In this document: positions 1 through 11,536 of the stretch, piece by piece
Position numbering within the stretch: the stretch's first letter is position 1
Layout of the letters: each line of letters opens with the position of its first letter
NCBI GenBank assembly: GCA_036172245.1
Contig: JAYWIR010000009.1
Span: 372,001 to 436,000 of the forward strand
Origin: Raillietiella orientalis
Taxonomy: Eukaryota
Direction of reading: 5' to 3'
Length of the DNA stretch: 64,000 bases
The notes under the pieces: model-generated
The model's input: only the letters and a program-made list of their open reading frames with translations
Databases searched by the model: none
What the model was told of the DNA's origin: nothing
Program-made: the position numbers and the translations under genes

Positions 1-902
1 AAGAAGGACCCGCCTGGACCTTTTAACAAAACCTCAGGAGAAACTGAGGTTGGTGTAACCCACCGCACCTAATTGCGTTGCTTTTGGAGGATCACCAGTA
101 GATATTCCGCCTCCCATTTAATGGAAACGCATGACGGCAAAAGTTCCCAGGAAACTTGAAAAATCCTATCTTTTCCTACCAGCTAGTTAGGAGGAATGCT
201 CTCTCGAAGAGATAATCAACAACTCTCACCAGCTTTGCAGAACGTAGTGAGAGACCTTCCAGGACTCCACGAGTCCTTTATTGCGTCGAGAGAAGAGGGA
301 GAGGTGAGTTAGGTCATTGGTGATCTGCCGGCTAACCAGGGCTGGAAGGCGCAGCGAGTTCATAGTGGGCGTCTCGGTCAGCGGTCAGAAGTCCCCAATA
401 ATGACATTTGGTTCGTCTCTGCATGCAGACTGTTCCTCCTTGGAAGTCGTCGACGCAATGCTGCAGGCCTTGAGCATTTCTGGTCCCTTAAATCGCATCC
501 CAACCTCCTCCCCAGTCGAGGTGCAGTCGCTTGTTGACGGAGCCTAACAACGAGAAGCAGAACTTGGCCGAAAGAGTCACGAAGGCAGAGAAGGCACTTT
601 GATAGCTTGCCATTTCAGAAGAGAAGAGGAATCAGCCTATTGAGGGAAACTCACCGTTTCCGAGATCCGGCGAGGGATCACTCAGGACGCGACGCTCCCG
701 ATACTGCGTCTCTAGGACGAAGAAGAGTTTCTTTCTCGCTCAGAGAGGAAGACGCTCTCTTGTATCAGACTGTGCAGGATACCAAGCTCACCGCAAAATG
801 TAGACGGATTCCGAGATGAATCAGAAAGCGGCGCCAAAAATCTCCTCAAGGCTGCAGATCGGCTTTTCTGGCAACTCGCGCAAAAGCATTCAAATCTTGG
901 AC

Positions 903-3048
903 TCCCGCTTGCAACCTCCCCAGCTGCCAGCACACAGCCATCACCGTGGTGACTCACCTGAAACCAGAAATGCAAGCAATCTCAGCGCATCATGGCATCG
1001 AGCAACTCGCTCACATGAGCTTCCGAATGGACCGCTCTGTAACAACTGCACGAGCATCCCAGGGGCACTCCAACTGCCCGAAGCCTGCACTGCAGCCACT
1101 CCATATTTTCGGAAACGCCGATCACTTCTTCGCGGAGGAATGGAGAGAAGAAATGGAAGAGGGTGTGGTCCCCATTCCTTGGAGCCGCTCGGACCGCCGT
1201 GATCTCCATGCGGAACGATTTTACCACGGTCGCCCATTGAAAATGAGCAAGCAGATTAAGAGTCCAGTCCCCAAGGAAGGGAAACCGAGACAAGTCCGTG
1301 GGGAGGAATCGCCGACACGCAAATCGGTCACTGACCAAGTCTTCAGCGGGAGCCAGTGGGCAAGGAACCGACGAAAAGGGGGAAGGAGCGTGGAACGGCC
1401 CTTTCGTCCTCCTCGGAGCCGGCGCAGGGAAAGGACGAGCGCCCTCACGACTTCTTCAGCCAAATGCGGCCACCTCTCCCCCACCCCCATGTAGGTGAGC
1501 GACCTTTCGTCGCCGCGACCGACACTCCAGCCAACGGAGAGCAGTCGGAGTGGGACGAAACGCCGCCGGCACGCAGACTTCGTGGGAAGGTCCTTCGCTC
1601 AAGAAGAATCGGCAGTGTCCTGCATCTGGCCTGCGACACAGTCCAGCCGCAGGTGCGGGAACCTTTCCATAGCCACCTTGCACCTTCAACAAGGCTTCGG
1701 GGACGCGATCCACTGGGAAGGGAATGCCGGGCGCTGCTCGCACCGGAGGCGCGGCTACACGGTCCCAGTAGACCTAACGCCACCTCAGGGCGGATGCGGT
1801 CAGACCAGCTCCAAGCCAGCGGTCGGTGCGCTCGCTCTCTCCCCCCGTCCCTGTCCGGTGCGCACCTTCAGGGATCATCCTCATCGCCTCCATCCCGGTC
1901 TGCATCTCGGCCGGGACGCTTCTCTCGATGCTGAACTCTCGTCCACTTCCAAGAATTGGTCCGGACACGTGGAGATCACGCCAGCGCCCTCTCAATGCAA
2001 GACTGAGAGGACGAACACGCACGAGCTGCAGCCCCTCGTAAGTCCGAAGTGAGTCCCGCACGCTTTCCAGAGAGTGGGAAGGGGGAGATCGGCGAGTCGT
2101 CTGCGTGCAAAGACCAAGCGACGAGGCAGAGGGAGGCAAGAGGAGAGCTGCGCCGGGTGCAGGGCGTGGGGTCGCGGAGACGACCGGTCCGAACCTGCTG
2201 CACCAAGCGCGCAAGATGCTGGAGACCTCGCTGCTCAGGCGAGAGATCCGGCGTTCCCGGGCGAGCACCCTCGGTCGGAGGAGCCCAGGACGCGCTCAGA
2301 GGCAGCGAGGCAGACGTGGATGTCGTGCGCAAAAAGTTCCTGTGTGCCTCCCATGCCACTTCGGCTGGAGGCCCTCGAGCTCGTCTCGCGAATCCATCTG
2401 GTTCGGGGTGACGTCTGCTTCTCTTGCAGCGACCTGGACTCTGGACGAAAAGCGGATGAGAAGCTCTTCAGGAACGACGACGGTCCGAGTGCACGAAAGG
2501 CCACACCGTTTCTGGGAAGCTGGTTGCCAAGCAAATGCATCGGAAGTGACGGAATGTGACAGCCAGTCGAGTGGCGGTGGATCTCTCTACTCCTCTCACG
2601 ACGATGATAATGCGGCGTCGAGTTGCTTCGCGGGCAACCGTGGGGACCGAAGAACCATGCCAGGTCGGACAGGGTGTTGGAGCCCTTTCGTGCGCCGTCA
2701 CCGCCCGCGCATTCGGCGTAGCGTGGAAACCACGAAGAACCTTTGCTGGCTGGGCGCACCGTCCGCTTTGAACGGACAGCGCCAAGCCGGGTCTGCCGCC
2801 GCGCTCTTTTTCGGGAAAGAAGTGGTAGAAGTGGAAGAGGCAAGCGCATTTTCCTGCTTGTCTGCTACTAGAAGTGTCGGTGGTGAGGCGGTGAATATGA
2901 GCCTAGATGCAGTCTTCTTGGAGGAAATGGTCCTCGCCGCTTCTGGGGTCCTCGGATGCACCTTCCCTCTCCGCGAGAATGCAAGGGGATGGTGCGATGG
3001 TGTCGCGGGAGACGAAGAATCCGTGCCTCTGGAGGAGGCTGAACAGCA
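903..3048. repeat. Arm 1 of a 2146-bp near-identical inverted repeat (partner 37541-39686)
   Basis: Direct reverse-complement match. Coordinate sums are constant at 40589 at both ends and at internal ORF boundaries, so there is no net indel. I counted about 9 substitutions by eye. Confidence 0.97.
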
Positions 3049-5150
3049 AGTCTGGAAGGGGGCGTAGTCCTGACAGAAAAACACTGTCATCTGTTAAGTG
3101 TAACAGGGCGTAAAACTTTACGGGCAGAGTTTCCGAAAGGATTCGGGCGGTCCGTGTTTTCGTGACGTAGAGCTGGCTCAGGATGCCACTTGAGGGGGGC
3201 AAATGAAGGCGCGCTCGAGAGGAAAGGGAAGTAAGACGATTGATTTTGGACCTTTGCTCCGTCAATCAGTGTTCCTATGTTGTGCTCACGTGACAACAGG
3301 ATGCAATTCGTGGATGGCTGATAGGCGTTTCGGAACGCGTTTGCAAATGATTTGGGATGGCTGCTGGACAGTTTTGCCACTCTGGATTGCAAAGAAGAGG
3401 TCTCTCCACTCCATTGCTGACGTGAACTCGTGTCTTGAAAGATGAATGAACTTTTGGAGCCACCATCTTATCGTCCAGATCAGCAAGAGTTTCATTTCTT
3501 TTTTTGTCAAAGATTGCTTGCTTGAAAAGAAGGAATTGGGTTTAACCGCTGAAAAGTTCGGGCCAACATTGGTGTTGGGACGGGTGAAGGGCACTATGCT
3601 CCCTGAGCCCATTATGCAATCATTCTCAAGGCAGTAGCTTTCTCCACTGAATTGGAATGCAGGGTTTGCAGAATCTTCTCCGGAAGAGCCTCAGGCATCA
3701 CGGGCATCCGTGTACTCTCGTCCAGGATTTCTAGCCACTTCTGGTGCTCACAGAGCCAGAAGTGGCTAGAAGGGATCACTTGCTTGTCCTCACCAATTAT
3801 TAAAAGATAAAACCACATATGTGATCCAGTAACTACTGCCGTTTGCTTCCGAAGTCCCCGAGGACACAAGTCCGAGATCATAGACCTCTGAAAACTTCAA
3901 CACCGCCAACAAAGCAGATTTTCCGAGCTTTGGGCCCACGATGTGTATGAATAGGGACAGAAGGTAAGCTGCAAAGCGCGGACAGTCTGTACTCTAGCCC
4001 ATGGATTCTCAGCTCGTCTGATCATTCGTGATTGCCTGGGAACGTCAGGACGAAGCACCATCAACATCCCTGGAGTGCGATCAACGACCGAGCATTAAAG
4101 TGAGTGCAGCAGTGCGTTGAAGAAGATTGGTGATCCTTAAACCATCAGAAACCGCAAGGGACCGAATTATCAACTCCATGCGTGCCTCGTGGCAATCTTT
4201 TTACAGGATCGCAGGATTGCGCTTCAGCGTCCCGTTACCCATGGTGTCATCTCGCAGAATCGATCAGACTTGGCTCGGCAAGGGGCTGGAGAGAAGGCAC
4301 GCCAAACGCAAATGGCTCCAGATGTTCCGCTCTTTCCTGATTCCATCGGAAGCTCCCACTGTACCCTCGGCTCTCGGTGCAAGAGGTCACGGGATTCTTT
4401 CCGTTGTTTTCATGACGCTCGTGACAGGAAGTAGGAAATTTGGTATTGAAGAGAAGCTACATCTCCCGAGAGCTGCAAATTCCAATGCCGTACGCGAATC
4501 AGATCAAGGGGACAATAAGTGTGCCCCAGTGTCGACCATAGCAAAGAGGTTCACTTAACACTACGTTTTTCTGCGTCCTGGTTCCTGCATAAGGATGCTG
4601 ATTTTCCGGAAGGGTTTGTGGTCATAAAAATCCAAAATAGCAGACAGCAATGGAGACATCTGCTTGGATGAGTCGCTGCAGCAGTGTCTTCACTGGAGCA
4701 GCGCTTGTGAGGCTGCATGCTGATGCAACGAGGGATGGGAGATGCTGGCAATGAGGACAGCCAGGCAGCGTTCCAGGCAGTCCCTTCCAGTCGAAATCCG
4801 TGAACTCGAGCTCCTGCCTTCGTTCCAACTTTATCCTTAGATCACAGGACAGGTTGATGGCATTTCCGACTGATGCACCCGGGGGTGACCCAACTCCTGG
4901 ATGACTGGAAGATGTGAATGCTGCCACTCCTCCAAGGCTCGGTCTCCGGCAAAGGGATTGCTCCAGCAGAGAGAACTTTCGAATACCCCCGAACTTTCGA
5001 AACTCCATCGAAGAACTCATTGTCCCTCTTTTGTGTCCGGCCACTTCTAAAACAGGATGTGCTTCTGCTTCTGCACTGGGGTCTCTAGTGCAATCAGCTA
5101 CGATGTTTCGCCTCTGAGGGAGCTGCTGCATCCCCACTCTGTTTGGAGTA
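903..5150 (-). mobile_element. Degenerate Ty3/Gypsy LTR retrotransposon internal region (protease?-RT-RNaseH-integrase)
   Basis: Minus-strand frames give Gypsy pol motifs in the expected order. RT: SAVKPNSFFSS..TKK (PS.SP.SSP..V.KK), RNAYQ (L..AYHQ), RILSETLPVKFY...TDDSVFLS (YxDD box), LFSLLQRHG...EGASEDP, LFHFYHFFP (NFYxRFxP). RNaseH: LAVTFRHFR...VHSDR, SPRTRWI..ELFAHDI. Integrase: GLLGP, VDRVPEA, GERWPHL (NG.VER), DLRVGDSSPRTCLGFP. Many frameshifts. No LTRs identified. Confidence 0.65.
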
Positions 5151-5670
5151 TGTAAACAGAGTGGACTGCTGTGCCCTCCAGGAATTGCGGTGGAGGCAGT
5201 CATCAGCGCTCCTGAACCAGAAGGGCACCGTCAAGAACTTACTGCAAAGATTCTTCGCAATGGCGGACTTCTGGTAGACGCCGCGATGTTGTATCCGCGT
5301 CATCTTCGCAGCCTGCCATGTGCTGGAATCCCACGCTCAGCGAAGGGAGGCCGCCCGCATGGAAGCCGCCAACATGAGGACGGCTGCCAGGTGAAACCAC
5401 CAGCAGGAAGAAGTCGAGCTGAAGATCGTTGGGATTCTGCTCCGGTACTGATTCAGATGGAGCGTCCGATGTCAAAGATCCTTACCCCCATTCTCCTTTT
5501 ATTTATTTATTTATTTATTGTTCTTTTCCCTTCCGCTCCACACTGCTCCAGACAATCTGGGTACCGGCGAACTTCTTTTTGTTGTTTCTGGGAACGGCGC
5601 TCCCAACTTGCCTGCTTATGTTTTCTTTTTTTTTTCATAAACAAATGCTTCAACGTGACAGAGTGAGAAA
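5110..5670 (+). mobile_element. L1/Tx1-like LINE 3' fragment
   Basis: The ORF2 end (ccggtactgattcagatggagcgtccgatg) matches the copy near 22230. It is followed by a T-rich 3'UTR and a decayed family terminus (ataaacaaatgcttcaacgtgacagagtgagaaa). Confidence 0.5.
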
Positions 5671-6129
5671 CTGACGCGCGTGGGAGTCGCCTGTGGTTCT
5701 TTCATGGTTTCTCAGTCGCAACTTCCAGGTTCGCAGCGGCGGGTCCCGAAATATAGATTCCTCCTGCTCTCCTCCACCCTCTGAACTCTGATTTTTGACA
5801 TGCTTTCTCATGTGCATCGATTTTAGGGGGGCGCGGCCTCCAGTGGGCTGCGAGCCGCGAGTCACCCATGAAACAACAAGCTGCTTCTTTTCTGCGTGTT
5901 GTGCAATTCAATACTTTTATATAACTGTGCTAAACAGAGAAAAAGCGAGTTCCTTACGTGATATGCTGATTCAGAAGAACATGCGCTGCTGAAGACACTC
6001 CGTCAAGCCTGCTTGTTTTGTGACATGGATCTTCCATGGCTCAAAAGAACCTCTACTCCTGCAAGTTCCAGAGGAGCCCTCTTAAAAGCGATCCCCGAAA
6101 GAGGTCCACCCCCCCAAAAAAGTAATAAA

Positions 6130-6775
6130 CATTAAACCAAAAAGAGTACCAAGATGTTTGGGGTAGAAAGAGAAGAGATCACGGATTGCTTCCTGGTGGA
6201 CTTTGCATCCTCTCAAGAATGCCAGCAAGTTCCTCCCAGTTGAGCCTCAAAGTGTCATCTCTCTGGAGTCCTTAGAACGAGAAGACGAAGAAGGAAGGTG
6301 GCTTCTCTGGTGTTCCGGCCTCTGTGTCGGGGCTTCCAGCCGCCACGCTTCTAAGGAGGAATAAGCGCAAAGACTGCAATCGTCACGGCAGGTGATATCC
6401 CGCCACGCGTGAGGCGTCTGAATGATGCCCTCGGGTGGTCTTCTGGGAAGTTCAGGGAGGTGGAGAGACATCCCCACACACGTCAGAGGGCCATACACAC
6501 TCCGAAAGTAGGTGCGGCAAGGTTTCCCTTTCGCCACACCGGTCACACTCTGGAGCCACACTCCTCTTTGCTCAGTGGCGAAGGCGTGCGCTGCATGGGA
6601 TGGCCCAATGCAGCAGTCGCAACGCCGAGTCCTGCCAATCCAGAGAAAGGAAAAAACTGCCGAAGAACACCGCGGGAATCTCCACTTCCTCCGATGGGAT
6701 TCCAAGGAGTTCTTTGGGGAAGGCGACAGGATGGAAGAGTCAGCCAGTTGAGGCGCCGTCCAGCATCCCAATAGC
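6130..6775 (-). mobile_element. L1/Tx1-like LINE ORF2 C-terminal (Cys/His) fragment
   Basis: The minus frame has PHLLSEC, matching LPHLLVDC of the intact copy near 47600. It aligns with 19180-19435. Confidence 0.55.
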
Positions 6776-6778
6776 TTC

Positions 6779-7180
6779 TTTTTTTTTTTTTGTCTCCGAA
6801 GAGGAACCCAGAAGGGTATCTCCTTCCTCATCTCTCCGGAGGGTACACCCCGGAAGGAAAGTAGTCCTCTCCATTTCATCTACTCCGGAGGGAGCCCGCC
6901 AGGGAACCGCTCCTGTTCACTCCTCTGAAGAGACACCCGGAGGGAGGCTTCCGAAATTCAGAAGGGACGCTGCAGCTTCCCGCAGGGGGATTCCTTGCAC
7001 TCTTCTGGAGTTCTGGCCTTCTTCATGGGCCTCCCGGCTTAAATCACCCCCGGTGCTTCGCCCGAATGACTCGGCCAACCAGCGGCACTGCAGGAGAAAC
7101 CCGGAACCCAACGACGCAGTGGCATCAGTTTCTGTCGGAGTATTTGAACCCGCGACGCATGGTGGCACGCGCGGAAGCCT
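6779..7180 (-). mobile_element. tRNA-headed SINE, partial copy
   Basis: The reverse complement has the head gcgtcgcgggttcaaatac (B-box-like), the family body and minisatellite units. It ends in a poly(T) run on the plus strand. Confidence 0.65.
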
Positions 7181-9099
7181 TAACCACAAAGTCTCCACGC
7201 GGAATAGCTTCTTTTTACCTGCAAACTTATTGCTTACTTAACTTAAGTTTATTTCCCATCTTGAGGGCTGATGGCTTCCCTGGCTATCCATCAGGGATAG
7301 CCAGGGCAGCCGGCGGGGACCAATGCAGGGCACTGATGCCTGGACGCGCTTCCGGGTAAACCACCTTCGAGTTTGCCTCCTGTGAAGTCGGAAGGTAAAG
7401 ACAGAAAAGACAAAACTAAGTCTCTTCTGCATACGAACTGTCATCCAAAAAACCACTCACAGATTCTTGCACCTTAGGAGGAAAAAAGAAGGAAGAGATG
7501 GAGATTTTCTATGTGCGTTTGCTACCTTAGCTACAACTGAATACGACAACAAAAAAAAAAGAAAACAGCCAATGAAGCAGCAAGGCTTCTGCCCAAAATG
7601 CAAAGAGATCTTTGACGATTCGTATGACCGGAGTTGCAGATTACTGCTTCTTGGAATCGCTGTTTATTTCAAGAGGCGAAATTCCTGTAGAGCGCTCTTG
7701 GAATCTGCGTGCGACGGCTGCCGTAGAATCGGCAGGTGAGAGGCCGTGCGCTTCGAAAGATACTCAACGCTGGGAAATGGAGAAAAGAACAGCAACTTCC
7801 AAGAGAAAATTTTGTATAAAACACCAAAAACAAATTGCAGGTGCAAAGACAGAGGAGTCTAGCAGCTTCACAGGATTCTACGAGGCTCATTTCAAAAGTA
7901 AGGGCGGATGGATGTAAAGAAAGAACGAATAAGAGAAACGAAAATGCATCGGTGGTTCGAAACGCATACAACCCCATTTCATTTTGCCGCGTAGTCACCG
8001 CATTTTTTTTTTTCCAAACACTTCTGATGCCTCAGAACAAGTTTTTTGAAACCCTCTGAATCAAATTTCTCCGCCTGGGGTTTCAGCCAGTTCAGCACTG
8101 CAGTTTCCAACTCCTCCTCCCTTTCCTCGAATCGCTGAGCCACTTCTGGAGGTGCAGGAAGACGTGGTAGTCACTGGGAGCGAGGTCAGGACCGGGTGAT
8201 CAAAAAGTTCCCATTTCAATTTCCGAATTGTCCGGAATGTGCGGACAGCATGTGTTGCCAAGGCGCGCGCTGTCGTGAAGGAGAAGAACAATTCCTGACC
8301 TCAGCACTCCACGTCGTCGGTTCGGAATGAGACGCCGCAGTTTTGAAAGTGTTCCACAGTAGACTTGCGAAGTGTTGGTTGTTCTGGGCTCCATAAATTC
8401 CACCAAAGGCACACCCTTTTGGTCTCAGGACACGGATGCCACGATCCGTCTTTGAGATTGGGTTTGCTTCAATTTTTTCAACTTGGGTGAACTTGGATGA
8501 CGCCACTGCATGGAAATTTTATTCTGACTCGACATGGACGTAAGGAATCCACGTTTCTTCCCCGAGGAAAGCGAAGCGAGAAAAGCGTCTTCCACGGTAT
8601 CGAAAAAGTCTTTGAGGAAAAATGGTGACTGCGTAGGAAAATGACGTGGGGATGCGTGTGTTCAGAGCCACTCATACATTTTGGTTTCCCTCATTTGTTC
8701 TTTCTTTATATACGATCCGCTCCTGCTTTTGCGATGCGTCTCGTATTTGCGTTGGAATCTTCAGGGTGTGGAGATGCAAATTAGTCTTAAAAAGACGAAG
8801 CAGTACAAGCAAATATTAATTTGCACATCTTTTTGAACAAAAGGTGCTATCAAGGAAGGTGCCTCAGGCTTCTCTGACAAAGAATCTAGCTCTAGTGACT
8901 ACCATGACGAGAAATACTCTATTCGGCCGATGCTACTTGGCTACACGACCTCACCAAAGCCCAAAAGGTGTTGGAAGAAACGAGTTCTTGTCAAGTTGCA
9001 TGCGTGAGGCCGTCAGTCACGTATCAGTTGATTCGTTCCAAAATGTACAATTCAGTTGGGTATAAACAGAGTTGACACGTTGGAACGCTCCTCACAGCC

Positions 9100-10500
9100 A
9101 TGGCTACCATCATTCCTGCCTTTGTTACTGCTACCATTATTCAAGTCCTCTTCTCCTTCAGCCCTCCCCCTATTCCTTCTCCTCACTGTCGTCATCTCCT
9201 GTTCCGTGCCATCGACATACTCATCATCGTCCTTCTTGTCGCTGTTGCCGTCATCACCTTCGTCAACATCAACTATTAAATGGCATCAAGATGTCCAGGG
9301 GACTTCCAATAGCGAGGCCGGTTCAGGAACCAGAGGAAGCTCCAAGGCAGCCATATTTTACGGGACGAGGTGTGTCGATAGCAAGCTTCTCCGATGGTTA
9401 CCTTTTAGGATTGATAGTCGGACGCTCTCTGAGATGACAAAGAGATGCGGAGGTTAACACACCGAGGGATGCAACAGTTCAACCTCGCTTACCGGTATGC
9501 CGGCAAGCCTCGGAGACACGAAGTTTCTCGACGGGGTTGACGGAATCGAGTTTGTGATCAGCTTCGTGCAAAGGAGACTTCAGCAGTCCTCTCGAGAAAG
9601 AGTTGCGACGGAGCAAATACTGAATAAGGGCGTCTGCAGCCCCCTGCATCCAGCAAAACTGGTTGAGAAAGGACCTGGAGGTTCCGGACACAGCACTGGT
9701 TCCCGAACAGACAGATGATTCAGTGGTTCCTTTTAGAATGAAAGCTGCTGCAGTGAGGAAGACGCCAAACTGCTTAAGGCTTCTAGGGAACCGGAACATG
9801 TGCAGCAGGCTGAGCAAGCAAGGAAGTGCAGGACTGTTGTCCTGAATTGCAGCCAAGTGTGGAGACTTCGAGCCTAACTGCAGTGAGCTGGAGAGTCTTT
9901 CTGTGGCTTACCAGCGAGGAACGACCAGCGCCGAGGTGTGCGGTGTGCTTCAAAGAATTTGCAGATGGAGTTCTAGAAACTTCTGTATGAGAATTCCAAT
10001 GGAGACGCGATGCCAATTCGCGCATTGCAATCAAACGGGGGGGCTTGGAATCGCTCGGTTTGCTTCCGGGCAGCTTTTTGTTCCCGATCATCGCAGGACT
10101 GCACGATTCTAAATCGGCCTCAAGTCCTTGTGTGAAAAGCCCGTGGCTGCGTATCGCATGAAACGGGGGATGACTTGATCCTTTTCTACTTCTGGACCCA
10201 TTTTCAGCTCCTTGAGATTGAGATTTGCAACGATTTGCAAGTGATTTGCTCCAGTCATTTGAAGAGCACTATAGGGAGCGTCAATCATCTTGACGATACA
10301 GCGGCATCTTTGACGCGCTTATTGACATCAATTCAAATTTGACTAGGCTTTCCTACCTCTGGATCCCATTTCCAGCTCTAACTGTTATTCCCCAAACCTT
10401 CCGCATGTTTCCTGTGCCTCCCCAACTTTCTGAATCTTCGTTTCTGAAGAGCTGCCTTATCTTAGCCGAAGGTCGAGATCGAACTTGCGTCGCCCGCTAT
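9100..10500 (-). mobile_element. Highly degenerate LINE (RTE-like?) RT/C-terminal relic with a low-complexity 3' tail
   Basis: Weak motifs only (ERVRLSILKG resembles RLPK.IL.G). A decayed (GAT)n-like tail lies at 9100-9270. Confidence 0.25.
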
Positions 10501-11394
10501 CGAAAGAAGACATTGGCATCCAAGACATCGCATACGCCGTCGTCAAAACCCAGGATTTACGGCACCTGACCAGGCACACAAGCGCTTGAGGCTATCGGCC
10601 ACGCGTGTTCCACCGAGCCTACGCAAGATGACTCAGCGGACCCGCCGGCCTTACGCCGAATGGTGGCAGACGATATCAACCCGACAGGGCCGATGCAGCA
10701 ACTTCTAAAAACCTGACACATGGGGATCGTTAAGAAGAGCAGAGAACTCTGGCCCAATAGGCTGGCCGTGGTGATTCCACTTTTTTCAAGAGTTCCATGG
10801 GACACCAAAAGAATGGTGCTAAAGGAAAAGACGACTGACCATCGGGGAGCGTGAGCAATTCTTCACTGGTGCGGACATCCATGAAGTGCGAGTGCTCCGG
10901 CGCAAATGCCAGATGCGCAAGGATGCAAGGATGGACGCCCACCCTTTGGGGCCCGCAAACTCTGGAAAGCTCATAACTAGCAGTGGATCAAGGGCAGCTT
11001 TCGGGCTCTGAAGAACCAGCAGAATCGATGGAAGCGACGTGGGCACGGTTCGGACAACTTGTTCAAGACCCATAGGGACTGTCCTGTAGACTGCCTAGGG
11101 ACATCCAGGAATGCCTCCTGATGTTTCATCACGGAGGGATCCTCGCGGCGCGAGGTTCAATGCTGGATGGGGAATCCTGATGATGGACGATGATCGATAT
11201 GTCAGGGAAATGTACGATAGGGATGCTCCGATGATAGAATGATATGATAAATATCAAGGAACACCGAGTGCAAACGAGTTTTTGCCCTTTTTTTTTTTTT
11301 TCTTCTCTCCCTGGAGCCTACGAAACCATGGATTTCCCTACAAACCACAGCGAAAAACTGAGAAAATTTGGATTTCTGATGGGCTCCTGGGAAT

Positions 11395-11536
11395 CGCCTG
11401 TGATTAATCTTCGTTTCTTTTGCGTCGAACTCTGGTTCCCTTAGTACTCAGGCAGGTGCTTCGCCCAGGAGCTCACGAAACTCTTTGACACTGTCCACGC
11501 CACACGAAGGTGCGTGTTATTCGTCAAGTTATAGGG
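11395..11536 (-). mobile_element. 3' part of a SINE split by the SK pseudogene (5' part at 13539-14152)
   Basis: The reverse complement ccctataacttgacgaataacacgcaccttcgtgtggcgtggacagtgtcaaagagtttcgtgagctcc matches the SINE 3' region seen at 17620-17690, 33020-33080 and 54500-54570. Confidence 0.8.

Noticed and set aside
903..3067. Long overlapping ORFs in the GC-rich tracts (also 17688-18777 and 37495-39709) as real genes
   Set aside because: They are Arg/Ser/Gly/Pro-rich stop-poor frames on both strands. The recognisable motifs hop between frames, as expected for decayed pol genes.
9056..9457. Ser/Pro/Leu-rich ORF as a secreted or membrane protein
   Set aside because: It derives from a decayed trinucleotide-like low-complexity tract.
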